Origin: Longimicrobiales bacterium
GTDB taxonomy: Bacteria > Gemmatimonadota > Gemmatimonadetes > Longimicrobiales > Gaopeijiaceae
Reading direction: 5' to 3'
Assembly (NCBI GenBank): GCA_965203485.1
Contig: OZ241892.1
Span: forward strand, 3,104,001 to 3,168,000
DNA: 64,000 bases
Below, in pieces: positions 47,764 to 57,088 of this stretch. A program made the position numbers and the translations under genes. Below the pieces are notes generated by a model. That model made no database searches and was not told where the DNA came from. It saw only the letters and a list, made by a program, of their open reading frames with translations. Positions within the stretch are counted from its first letter, which is position 1. Every line of letters begins with the position of its first letter.

Positions 47764-49047
47764 GTGGAGGCTGTGCAGTTCAACGTGACGCCCGCCGGCT
47801 ACCTGCTGGCACGGAGCCTGGGACGGGCGAGCGGTTCCTTCGTCCACGGGCGTGCGTCCGGGTTGCGCCGCGTGGAGAGGCCGGTCCCGCCATTGCCCGG
47901 TCCCGCCTGGATGCGCATCGAAGTGCTGCTGTGCGGCATTTGCGGAAGCGACTTGGCCGCGCTCGCGTACCGGTCGAGCACGGCGCTCGAGCCCTTCGGC
48001 TCCTTTCCGGCGGTGCTGGGGCACGAGATCGTCGGACGGGTGGTCGAGGTCGGCCCGGACGTGAGCGGCGTGGCGCCGGGCCAGCGCGTGGTGGTGGATC
48101 CGATGCTGCACTGCGCCGTGCGCGGGCGCGAAGCCGGGACGTGGTGCCGGTCGTGCGCGGCCGGACGGCATTCGACGTGCGAGCTGGCCGCGGAGGACGG
48201 GCCCCTGCAAGTGGACGGCAAGCCGTTGCGGCGCGGACTGGCGATCGGCTACCACGCGGCCTTGCCGGGGGGATGGAGCGAGCAGGTGGTCGCGCACGCC
48301 CGGCAAGTGTTTCCGGTGCCCGACGCGCTGGACGACCGGGTCGCCGTGCTGGCCGAGCCCGTCTCGATCGGCGTGCACGGCGTGCTCGCGGGCGCGCCGG
48401 AGCTGTGCCGGGGCGGCCGGCGGCCGGCGGGTGCGGCGCTGGTCGTCGGCAGCGGGCCGATCGCGTTGGCCACGGTGTGGGCGCTTCGGGCGCTGGGCTA
48501 CGACGGGAAGCTGTTGGTGCAGGCCAAGCGGAGCCACGAAGCGGGCATGGCCGTGGCGCTGGGGGCCAGCGAGGTCGTCCTGCCCGGCGCGGAGGCCCGG
48601 CAAGCGCTGATCGACACGGGCGCCCGCGCCTACATGCCCATCGTTGGGCCGGAGGTCTACGCGGGCGGCGGGTTCGCGGCCGTCTTCGACTGCGTGGGCA
48701 GCGAGAGCAGCTTGGCGCAGTCCTTGCGCTTCGCGGCGCCGCGCGGCCGGATCGTCCTCCTGGGTTGCGCGGGCCGGCTCGATAAGCTCGACTTGACTTT
48801 CCTGTGGGCGCGCGAAGTTCAGGTGATCGGTTGCGTGGGCTACGGAACGGAGGATTGGGACGGACGCCGCCGCCACACCTTCGAGATTGCCCTCGAAGGG
48901 ATGGAGGCCAATCCGGACGGCTTGGCGGACTTGGTCACGCACGTCTTCCCGCTCCGACAGTACCGAGACGCTTTGCGGGCGGCCTTCGATCGCCGACGCA
49001 GCGGCGCCGTCAAGGTGGCTCTCGCGCCGGGAACCGGGACGCGATGA
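47764..49047 (+). CDS. Zinc-dependent medium-chain dehydrogenase
   Basis: CGICGSD, GHE, structural Zn cysteines, GSGPIA. Alternative start at 47704. Confidence 0.92.
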   Translation: MEAVQFNVTPAGYLLARSLGRASGSFVHGRASGLRRVERPVPPLPGPAWMRIEVLLCGICGSDLAALAYRSSTALEPFGSFPAVLGHEIVGRVVEVGPDVSGVAPGQRVVVDPMLHCAVRGREAGTWCRSCAAGRHSTCELAAEDGPLQVDGKPLRRGLAIGYHAALPGGWSEQVVAHARQVFPVPDALDDRVAVLAEPVSIGVHGVLAGAPELCRGGRRPAGAALVVGSGPIALATVWALRALGYDGKLLVQAKRSHEAGMAVALGASEVVLPGAEARQALIDTGARAYMPIVGPEVYAGGGFAAVFDCVGSESSLAQSLRFAAPRGRIVLLGCAGRLDKLDLTFLWAREVQVIGCVGYGTEDWDGRRRHTFEIALEGMEANPDGLADLVTHVFPLRQYRDALRAAFDRRRSGAVKVALAPGTGTR

Positions 49048-50150
49048 TGCGGCCGTTTACGCGCACGGAGGCCGAGGCGGCCGACGCCGCGGACCGTCCG
49101 CCGGCTCTGCGGACGCGACGGGGGCGCATCGCCGGCTCGCGTCGGCGCGCCTTCCTGGCCTTTGTGCTCGTCTCGGCATGCAACGACGGCGGGGCGGCTC
49201 CGCCCGTCGAACCGCCGGAGCCATCTCCGGGCCCCTGCACGGTGGCCGCGCAGTGCCGCGCCCGCCTGCCGCTCGGCCCCGGCGCCTTCCTGCCCCACTA
49301 CGCCACGCACCGGCTCGGCGACGGCATGAACGCAGAGGTCGTCCAGGGAGTGGTCGTGGTCCACGGCGCCAGCCGCAACGCCGACGACTACTTCGAGCGC
49401 GTGGTCGAAGCAACGCGCTTGGCCGCCCGCCTGGAGTCGACCGTCGTCGTGGCGCCGCACTTCCAGATCAGAGACGACGGCCCGCGCATCGACGAGCCGT
49501 ACTGGACGAGCTCAGGCTGGAAACGCGGCCACCCTTCCGAAGGTCCGGCGTCTCCGCTGAGCTCGTACGCGGCCCTCGACGCGGTCGTCGCCCGGCTCGC
49601 CGACAAGTCCCGGTTCCCCAACCTCTCCAGGCTCGTCGTGACCGGCCACTCCGCCGGCGGTCAAGTCGCCCACCGCTACGCCGCGGGAAGCGCCCTTGAA
49701 GACGCCCTGCCCGGCTACGCCGTCCGGTACGTGGTGGCCAATCCGTCCACCTACCTCTACCCGACGCCCCTCAGAGAACGGGCGCCCGGAAGCTTTCTGG
49801 CGCCCAACGTCGCCGACTGTCCCGACTACGACGCGTGGCACTACGGTCTGCAGAACCTGAACCCCTACATGCACCGAACGGGCGCCGCACTCGCGCGGCA
49901 GAGGCTCCTGCGCCGAGATGTAGTCGTTCTGCTCGGCGAGGAGGACACGGGCGCCGCCAGCCTCGACCAATCCTGCGGCGCGAACCTCCAGGGCGCCAAC
50001 CGCCTGCAACGGGGCCGCGCCTTGGTTCGCGTGCTTTCGCATGCGTTCCCCGGCCACGCGCACGAACTTGCGACGGTGCCTGGCGTGGGTCACTCCAGCA
50101 CGGCCATGTACCAGTCGACCCAGGGCCGCGAAGCGCTGTTCGCTTGGTAG
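49044..50150 (+). CDS. Alpha/beta hydrolase (probable lipoprotein)
   Basis: VHG..RNA..Y, GHSAGGQ, ANPSTY and VPGVGH motifs. Confidence 0.88.
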   Translation: MMRPFTRTEAEAADAADRPPALRTRRGRIAGSRRRAFLAFVLVSACNDGGAAPPVEPPEPSPGPCTVAAQCRARLPLGPGAFLPHYATHRLGDGMNAEVVQGVVVVHGASRNADDYFERVVEATRLAARLESTVVVAPHFQIRDDGPRIDEPYWTSSGWKRGHPSEGPASPLSSYAALDAVVARLADKSRFPNLSRLVVTGHSAGGQVAHRYAAGSALEDALPGYAVRYVVANPSTYLYPTPLRERAPGSFLAPNVADCPDYDAWHYGLQNLNPYMHRTGAALARQRLLRRDVVVLLGEEDTGAASLDQSCGANLQGANRLQRGRALVRVLSHAFPGHAHELATVPGVGHSSTAMYQSTQGREALFAW

Positions 50151-50166
50151 GGGTGGCGCCACCAGA

Positions 50167-50239
<73 letters not shown>

Positions 50240-50245
50240 GCCGCA

Positions 50246-50274
50246 AACGTAACCTCGCGGCGGCATCGCGGCAA
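50246..50274 (-). promoter_or_regulatory. Putative sigma70 promoter of tRNA-Lys
   Basis: TTGCCG-17 bp-TACGTT ending 6 nt before the tRNA 5' end. Confidence 0.5.
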
Positions 50275-50520
50275 TACTGCATGAATTCCAGGGGGGGCGC
50301 CGCCCCGCCTACCGCTACAACCCGGGAGATTGCTCAAACAGGCCAAGGACGCCATTAGGCTAGGGCTCCCGCCAGCATGCAACCAGACACGCCACGCCAA
50401 TTTGCGCCGGGCCGCTGCACCGGATTCGCGAGTCCGCGCCCACAAGTGGAACACCGCAACCGGAACGAAGGCGAGGACCAGACCCAGCAAGAATCCGGCA
50501 ACGGCAGTGCCCACTACAAC

Positions 50521-50554
50521 ACACTAGGAGGGACGGGACACTAGGAGGGACGGG
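50521..50554. repeat. Perfect 17-bp tandem duplication
   Basis: ACACTAGGAGGGACGGG x2. Confidence 0.95.
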
Positions 50555-50595
50555 CCTTGGAGGCAACGTCGCCTTGACTTGCATCGAGGTAGTCT

Positions 50596-50859
50596 TCATG
50601 CCCGCCGCTTCAAGCCCCGTAGCCCCAGCACCGCCGCAGTAGATGCAAAGGCAACCGTCGCCAACGTTATGCCTGTCCACCGAATGCCCGGTGCCCAGTT
50701 CCAAAATTCGTTCGCCCGCCAACCAACAAACAGACCGGCGAAGCAACCGGAAAAGAAGGGTGCCTTCAGAACTGGCCAAGCCATTACTTCCAGCCAAGCG
50801 ATAAGCCGGTTTCTGGAAAGAATCATTGTTGCCACCCCAGGTCTCATCGTCGGAATCAT
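50596..50859 (-). CDS. Possible small membrane protein in lower-GC islet
   Basis: 87 aa with two hydrophobic segments and atypical codon usage; may be spurious. Confidence 0.3.
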   Translation of the reverse strand: MIPTMRPGVATMILSRNRLIAWLEVMAWPVLKAPFFSGCFAGLFVGWRANEFWNWAPGIRWTGITLATVAFASTAAVLGLRGLKRRA

Positions 50860-51030
50860 CGTGGGTGTAGCACTCGAGGTAGTGCAACGGTCGCTCCACC
50901 GCGAATTTGGGCCGAAGCGAGCGTTGGCGTTGTCATTGGTCTGCCCTGGGTTGGAGTGGGCTGACCGACAGCTTCTGCTAGCTTCTCAGCATGGGCGACA
51001 CGGCTTGATCCAGCCCGCCCCAACCAGGAG

Positions 51031-52728
51031 GTGACTGACGACATGGCCAGACTGCGCCCGCCGGGCCTGGGTCCCATCGTGGGCCACACCACCGACCGAT
51101 CGAGCCGGATATGGATACGAGCCGATCCGGCCGCCGACGGCGGCGACCATCCCGCGGCCGGACACCGCACGTTGGGCGTCGCCGGGATCGTCGCGAAGGA
51201 CGGCCGCAAGCTGAACCCGGCCAAGACGTTCTACTTTCGGCTGCACCGCGAGTTCGACCGCAGCGGCAGCATCAACCTCGGGCCGGACACGCCCGGCTTC
51301 GAGCTCATGCCGGATTCCGCCTACACGGTTCGGGTCGGATGCCTCGTGCTCGACGACCCCGTGCCGGACGACGCCGAGGTCGAGAGCGAGGAGCTCTTCA
51401 AGCGCCTTCCGAAGCCGGGGGCGTGGCGCGGCGACCTGAAGGCCCTCGACGCCGGACAGTCGGAAGCCGTCGTCCGCACCTTCCCGGCGGAAGCTGGCGA
51501 CGGCGAGCGCAACGAGGCCGCCGTGCGTCCTGGCGAGCGGATCAGCTTTCTGCTGGGGTCGTGCCGCTATCCAGGCTTGCTCTGGAAGGTGCGGCGCTCG
51601 GACCGCATCTTCGCGCCGATGGCCGATCTCGCCGCCGACTCCGACGACCGTCCCCGCTTCGTCCTCATGGTGGGCGACCAGATCTATGCGGACCTCTTCA
51701 ACCGCATCGTGCCCTTCGGCCGCGCCGACACCTATCAGGAATTCCGCGACCGCTACCTGACGGCGTTCGGATCGCCCAACATCCGGCGCCTCATGCGCAC
51801 CTTGCCGACCTACATGATCCTGGACGACCACGAGATCGAGGACAACTGGTCGCAGGACAGGTTGCGCCGCTCGGCGCGCTACCAGCTGTTCACGATCGCC
51901 ATAGACGCCTACCTCAGCTACCAGTGGAGCCACGGCCCGCGCACTTGGGGGCGTCGTCTCTACTACCGATTCGACTGCGGCGGATTTCCGTTCTTCGTCC
52001 TGGACACGCGCACGCAGCGGTTCATCGAGGGCAAGCCGGGCGACTTGGCGGCCAACCACTTGCTGGGACGGCCGTCCCATCCCACCGCGCCGCCGGGACA
52101 GCTGGCGCGCCTGCTCTCGTGGTTGCGCGAACAGCAGCGAAGGCGCGGCGACACGCCCAAGTTCGTCGTCACGTCGGGCGTGTTCGTGCCGAGTCCCATG
52201 TCGGCCCGCACCGCGCTGGCCGGCGACGATCCCGAGTCGCTCGAGAAATCCGACGGATGGCCCGGCTTCCCCGGCACGAGGGCGGCGATTCTGCGCACGA
52301 TGGTGGAGCACGGCGTCCAGAACGTGGTCTTCCTGTCGGGCGACATCCACTGCGCCAACTTGGCCGAGATATCCTTCGCGGGCGCTCCCGAGGCCGAGCG
52401 CCTCAGGGCCTTCTCCGTGACGTCGTCGGCGTTCTACTGGCCCTTTCCGTTCGCGGACGGCGAGCCGTCGGATTTCGTCCACGACTCGAAGGCCGAGGGC
52501 CAGGAAGACACATTCGCTTTCGAGCTCTCCGACGGACGGACCGTGACGATGGACTACTTGGCCCGCAACTTCTCGCAGGAAGACAACTTTTCGCACTTGA
52601 CGGTCGACCGGGCTTCGCGCTCGCTGCGGGTGCGCGTCCGCGACAGCAAGGGCCGCATCGTGTCGGAGGAGGTCGGCCGGGGAGGCCGGATCGTGCTGGA
52701 CGAGCCGTTGCGGCTGGCCGAGTGGTGA
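51031..52728 (+). CDS. phoD: PhoD-like alkaline phosphatase family protein
   Basis: GSC, GDQIYAD, DDHEI.DNW, LDTR and LSGDIH motifs; AGGAGG RBS (start 51031 or 51043). No Tat signal visible. Confidence 0.9.
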   Translation: MTDDMARLRPPGLGPIVGHTTDRSSRIWIRADPAADGGDHPAAGHRTLGVAGIVAKDGRKLNPAKTFYFRLHREFDRSGSINLGPDTPGFELMPDSAYTVRVGCLVLDDPVPDDAEVESEELFKRLPKPGAWRGDLKALDAGQSEAVVRTFPAEAGDGERNEAAVRPGERISFLLGSCRYPGLLWKVRRSDRIFAPMADLAADSDDRPRFVLMVGDQIYADLFNRIVPFGRADTYQEFRDRYLTAFGSPNIRRLMRTLPTYMILDDHEIEDNWSQDRLRRSARYQLFTIAIDAYLSYQWSHGPRTWGRRLYYRFDCGGFPFFVLDTRTQRFIEGKPGDLAANHLLGRPSHPTAPPGQLARLLSWLREQQRRRGDTPKFVVTSGVFVPSPMSARTALAGDDPESLEKSDGWPGFPGTRAAILRTMVEHGVQNVVFLSGDIHCANLAEISFAGAPEAERLRAFSVTSSAFYWPFPFADGEPSDFVHDSKAEGQEDTFAFELSDGRTVTMDYLARNFSQEDNFSHLTVDRASRSLRVRVRDSKGRIVSEEVGRGGRIVLDEPLRLAEW

Positions 52729-53051
52729 GGGAACCTGCGCTCGCGACAGGCGACGAGGCGGGCGCGACCCTCGTGGCCGGCCCAAACCCGCCGCAACTGC
52801 CGCGTTGGACCAGCGGATGCGCGATCCGGGGAGCGTTAGGTCATGCGCACCAAGCCGGGACGCTCGTCGAGCAGGGCCGCTTCTCGGTCGCAGTCGGTCG
52901 CCATGCCGGGGCCCGGCTTCGAAGAGATCCGCGTCGCGTCGGCTGGGCTCGTCGATAAAGGGACCGGATTCTCAGTCGCGTTTTGCTCGCTATAGATTAA
53001 GATTGGTAGGCGCCGGACAGTCCAATCTGCAAATGAACCACCGGAGGAAGC

Positions 53052-55550
53052 ATGAGACTCGCGTCGATTCGCAACGCTGCGACCGCTTTGGCCGTGGGCC
53101 CGCTGGCGCTGGTGCAGGCCGCGCCGGCGTCGGCGCAGGAGGAGGCCGACACTGCGTTCGCGCTGGGGGAGGTCGTGGTTGTAGTGGGGTCCCGGGCCGG
53201 AACGGTGAACCCGGCGGACCTCTCGGTTCCGGTGGACGTGTACGGCTCGGAAGAGCTGGCGCGTCTCGGCGAGATCGATCTGGCGGAGGTCCTCGGCAGC
53301 ATTGCCCCGTCTTTCAACTCCCAGCGCCTGAACGTCGGAGACGGAGCGGCCCTCCACGTCGCCACGCTCCGGGGCATGAACCCGGACCAAGTGCTGGTCC
53401 TCGTCAACGGGAAGCGCCGCCATGCCGCCGCTTTTCCCAAGGTGATCGCGTCGCTCGGCTTCGGGACGACGGGCACGGACCTGCGCGCCATCCCCGTGCA
53501 GGCGATCAAGCGGATCGAGGTGCTGCGGGAGGGGGCGGCGTCCCAGTACGGATCGGACGCCATCGCGGGCGTGATCAACATCGTGCTCAAGGACGCCGAC
53601 GACGGCGTCACCGCCTCGACGTATCTCGGCCGCACGTCGTGGGGCGACGGCGCTCGCTTGCTGGCGTCCGGCAACACGGGAATCCGGCTGGGCGAGGACG
53701 GATTCCTCAACCTGACCATGGAGTTCGCGAAGCAGGAGCCGACGAGCAGGGCCAGCGCCGCGCCCACGTGCTTCGGCGCGGATCCCAACTATGCGCCGTG
53801 CGCCGGGGGCGGGAGGAACGAGCAGCTGCAGCGAATCGGGGAACCGGACTACGAGGGCGTGGGACTGATGCTCAACGCGGCGGTGCCGGTCGGCGAGTCC
53901 GGGGAGTTGTACGCCTTTGGCGGATATGCAGGCCGGGACGCCGTGAGCGACGGACTCTACCGCAAGGCGGACTGGACGCCCCGCAACGTCTCCTACGTGT
54001 ATCCGGACGGCTTCTTCCCCAAGGAGGAGTCCACGCTGACCGACGGATCCGCGGTCGTTGGGTTGCGCGGCGACGTCTCGGCTTGGTCCGCGGACCTGAG
54101 TTTCCGCTTCGGCCAGGGCCGGTTCGCCTTCGACGCGGTCAACTCCATCAATCCGTCCTATGCCGCCGAGTACTTGGCGCACAACCCTGGAGCGAGCGGC
54201 GCCGCGATCGCGTCGAACGCCGGACCGAGCGACGTCTTCAGCGGCGCCCTCAACCTGCGCCAGCTGGAGGCGAACGCCGACTTGACGCGCGGCTTGGAGC
54301 TGGCGGGCCGGACCGGCGTTCTTGCGCTCGGCGCGGCCTTCAGGCAAGAAAGCTTCTGGATGGATGCCGGCGACTTGGCCTCTTACGCGTGCGGGCCCAG
54401 CAACTCGCCCGGCAGCTTCCCCGCGGCGCACCATCAGAACGACGGCAGCGCGTTCGCCAGCTGCGGCATTCAAGGGTATCCCGGCTACAGTCCGCAGAGC
54501 GCAACCGCCAGCGAGCGGGACCGGACGAGCGTGGGCGCGTACGCCGACCTGGAGTTCCGTTCGCCGGAATCGCCGGTGTCCATCGGGGGCGCGCTTCGCT
54601 TCGAGAACTACAGCGATGCCGGCAACGCCCTGACCGGCAAGGTGGCGGGCCGCCTGGAGCTGGGCGAATCGGGAGCGGCTTTGCGGGCGGCCGCCTCCAC
54701 CGGCTTTCGCGCCCCGGGACTTCCCCAACGCGGGTTCAACACGGTCATCTTCCAGGGGGGAGGCGGCGGGCTCACCAGCACCGGCTTCCTCCCCGAGGGC
54801 GACCCAATAGCCTGCCAGGACTTCGACGCCTGCTCCTTGAAGCACGAGACGTCCTTGAGCCTGACCGGCGGGTTTGTCTATTCTCACGCCCGCGGCTTTC
54901 TGTTCACCGCAGACTACTACCGCGTGGCGGTGACGGACGCCATCGTGCTGACGCAGGGGCTCGGCCCCGACCACGGCTTGCGCGCCAACGCGCAGTTCCA
55001 GGGACGGCCGGTGAACGGCGTGGCGTTCTGGACGAACGCCGTGGACACCCGCACTTCGGGGTTCGACGTGGTCGGCACGTGGCGGTTCAGAGGCATGTCG
55101 TGGGGCGCGGCCGATCTGTCGGCCAGCTACCACCGCAACGAGACCGACATCACGAAGAACCGCAACGCCGCGTTCGTCCGCGAAACCCAGACGGCCCTCA
55201 TCACCGACGCGCAACCCAAGCAACGCATCGGCGCGAGCGTCGACGTGCGGTCCGCCCGAGGCTTCGGGGTGCGGTTTCGGGTGAACCACATCGGCGAGAT
55301 CACTTCGCCGACCGTCTTCGAGGAGCCCGTGAAAGTCGCGGCGGCGGCCATCGCCGACCTGGAAGCCGACGTTGCCGTCGCCGACCGGATTCGGCTGACC
55401 GTCGGCGCCAACAACCTGTTCGACAAGCTGCCCGGCAAGCTGGCTGACGGCCATGTGGGCCAGCTGTGGGCGTTCGACTATCCGACCGAGTCGCCCTACG
55501 GCCTCCTGGGCCGGATCGTCTTCGCGAAGGTGGACATCGTGGGGTCGTGA
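53052..55550 (+). CDS. TonB-dependent receptor
   Basis: Signal peptide, VVVVGSR, LRGM.PDQVLVLVNGKRRH, IEVLREGAASQYGSDAIAGVINI and NNLFD motifs. Confidence 0.95.
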   Translation: MRLASIRNAATALAVGPLALVQAAPASAQEEADTAFALGEVVVVVGSRAGTVNPADLSVPVDVYGSEELARLGEIDLAEVLGSIAPSFNSQRLNVGDGAALHVATLRGMNPDQVLVLVNGKRRHAAAFPKVIASLGFGTTGTDLRAIPVQAIKRIEVLREGAASQYGSDAIAGVINIVLKDADDGVTASTYLGRTSWGDGARLLASGNTGIRLGEDGFLNLTMEFAKQEPTSRASAAPTCFGADPNYAPCAGGGRNEQLQRIGEPDYEGVGLMLNAAVPVGESGELYAFGGYAGRDAVSDGLYRKADWTPRNVSYVYPDGFFPKEESTLTDGSAVVGLRGDVSAWSADLSFRFGQGRFAFDAVNSINPSYAAEYLAHNPGASGAAIASNAGPSDVFSGALNLRQLEANADLTRGLELAGRTGVLALGAAFRQESFWMDAGDLASYACGPSNSPGSFPAAHHQNDGSAFASCGIQGYPGYSPQSATASERDRTSVGAYADLEFRSPESPVSIGGALRFENYSDAGNALTGKVAGRLELGESGAALRAAASTGFRAPGLPQRGFNTVIFQGGGGGLTSTGFLPEGDPIACQDFDACSLKHETSLSLTGGFVYSHARGFLFTADYYRVAVTDAIVLTQGLGPDHGLRANAQFQGRPVNGVAFWTNAVDTRTSGFDVVGTWRFRGMSWGAADLSASYHRNETDITKNRNAAFVRETQTALITDAQPKQRIGASVDVRSARGFGVRFRVNHIGEITSPTVFEEPVKVAAAAIADLEADVAVADRIRLTVGANNLFDKLPGKLADGHVGQLWAFDYPTESPYGLLGRIVFAKVDIVGS

Positions 55551-55622
55551 GTTCGGACACGCGACGCCGTGCCTGATTGAGGCCCGATAGCACAGCATTC
55601 GCGCACCAGCGGACGAAAGGCG

Positions 55623-56891
55623 TCACGAGGGTCGGACTTGCGCACCGCTTGACGGGCGGGCGACGAACAACTCGTCGTTCCGGGGGCGCCCGCCGAGCCG
55701 GGGCGCGTAGAATCGTTCGGCCAGCGCTTCCATGACCGCCTCGTTGTCGTCGCAAAGGACGATCGCGCAACCCCCGAAGCCGGCCCCCGTGAGGCGAGCC
55801 CCAGCCGCCCCGGCCTGCAGGGCCACCGAGACGATGGCGTCCAGCTCGGGGGTGCTCACGCCGTAGTCGTCCCGGAGGCTCTCGTGCGACTGGACCATGA
55901 GGGCGCCGAAGTCGGCCGCCCGCGATTCCGCCATGGCGCGTTGAGCGAGTTCCACTCGCCTCGCTTCCGTAAGCACGTGGCGCGTTCGGCGCAACAGGGC
56001 GGGGGGCAGAATGCGGTCTGCGCGATCCAGTAGCGCATCCGTTCCGAAGGCCGACACGAGCTCCCCGAACATGGGTCCGGCTCGGGGGCGGAGCGGGGCG
56101 CCCGGGACGGCGCCGTCTGGACGAGGCGCACCGCGTCCGTCATCGTCGTCCATGCAGTTGCCTTGCGGAAGGCGGCGCACGAAGGCTTTGTCGGCCACCG
56201 ACGCAGCCAGCAGACATGCGGCCTCCCGGCATTCTCTGACCCGCGCGTTGTAAGCGGCGCGGGCGTTTCCCGTTTTCTCGGCGCGCGCCAAGGAAGACGC
56301 CACTACCCAACGCCAGCGTTCTGGAATCGGGACGGGGGTCGCGCGAAGCGGGCCGAAGTCGATGCGCAATGCATGATTCGCCACTCCGCACAGGGAGGCG
56401 GCCTGATCCATTCCGCCGCCCTCCGCGCCGGCGAAGCGTTCGGCGCGGGCCGCGAGCTCCGCGAGTTCCAGCGGCGCAACGGAGCGTCCGTTGGCGTGCA
56501 GCAAGGCCAGAGCAGAAGCGACGACCAGCGCCGAGGACGACGAGAGGCCGACGGCGACTGGCAGGCTTCCGGAGACGTTGCCGACGATTCCGCGCTCCAG
56601 GGCGATTCCATGATCCAGCAGGCCCTTTGCGGCGGCGCGCACGTAGTTCGACCAATGGCCGGCGGCGGCGGGCCGAATGCGGCCATCCAGGCGAAACGCG
56701 AAGCTCGGAAACTCGGCCCGGTCGCTCGAGAGGCGCAGCGCAAGTTTCGGAAGCATGCGGAACCGGACGCGCACGTCGCGGTCCAGCGTCATCGGCAACA
56801 CCGGCAGACCGTTGTAGTCGGTGTGCTCGCCCACGAGATTGACGCGGCCGGGGGCGGCGGCGGTCCAGGCGATGACGTCTTCGCTATCCAC
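55623..56891 (-). CDS. galK: Galactokinase (GHMP kinase)
   Basis: APGRVNLVGEHTDYN, GLSSSSAL, GGMDQ and GARLTGAGFGGC motifs. Start uncertain. Confidence 0.92.
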   Translation of the reverse strand: MDSEDVIAWTAAAPGRVNLVGEHTDYNGLPVLPMTLDRDVRVRFRMLPKLALRLSSDRAEFPSFAFRLDGRIRPAAAGHWSNYVRAAAKGLLDHGIALERGIVGNVSGSLPVAVGLSSSSALVVASALALLHANGRSVAPLELAELAARAERFAGAEGGGMDQAASLCGVANHALRIDFGPLRATPVPIPERWRWVVASSLARAEKTGNARAAYNARVRECREAACLLAASVADKAFVRRLPQGNCMDDDDGRGAPRPDGAVPGAPLRPRAGPMFGELVSAFGTDALLDRADRILPPALLRRTRHVLTEARRVELAQRAMAESRAADFGALMVQSHESLRDDYGVSTPELDAIVSVALQAGAAGARLTGAGFGGCAIVLCDDNEAVMEALAERFYAPRLGGRPRNDELFVARPSSGAQVRPS

Positions 56892-57088
56892 GCTGCTCGG
56901 GTCGCGGCGCCGCGCTGGGTTCGCCGTGCCGACGGGCACGCGGCAAGCGCCAGGCGCTACCAGCCGAGCCGATGGACGACAATCTGCAATACCCCGAGGT
57001 CGGCGAACTTGGTCGTGCAGGCCATCGCTTCGCCTTCGACGGATGAACAGGCTGGGCGATGCACGGTGTTCGTCACGTCTCGGCTTCG

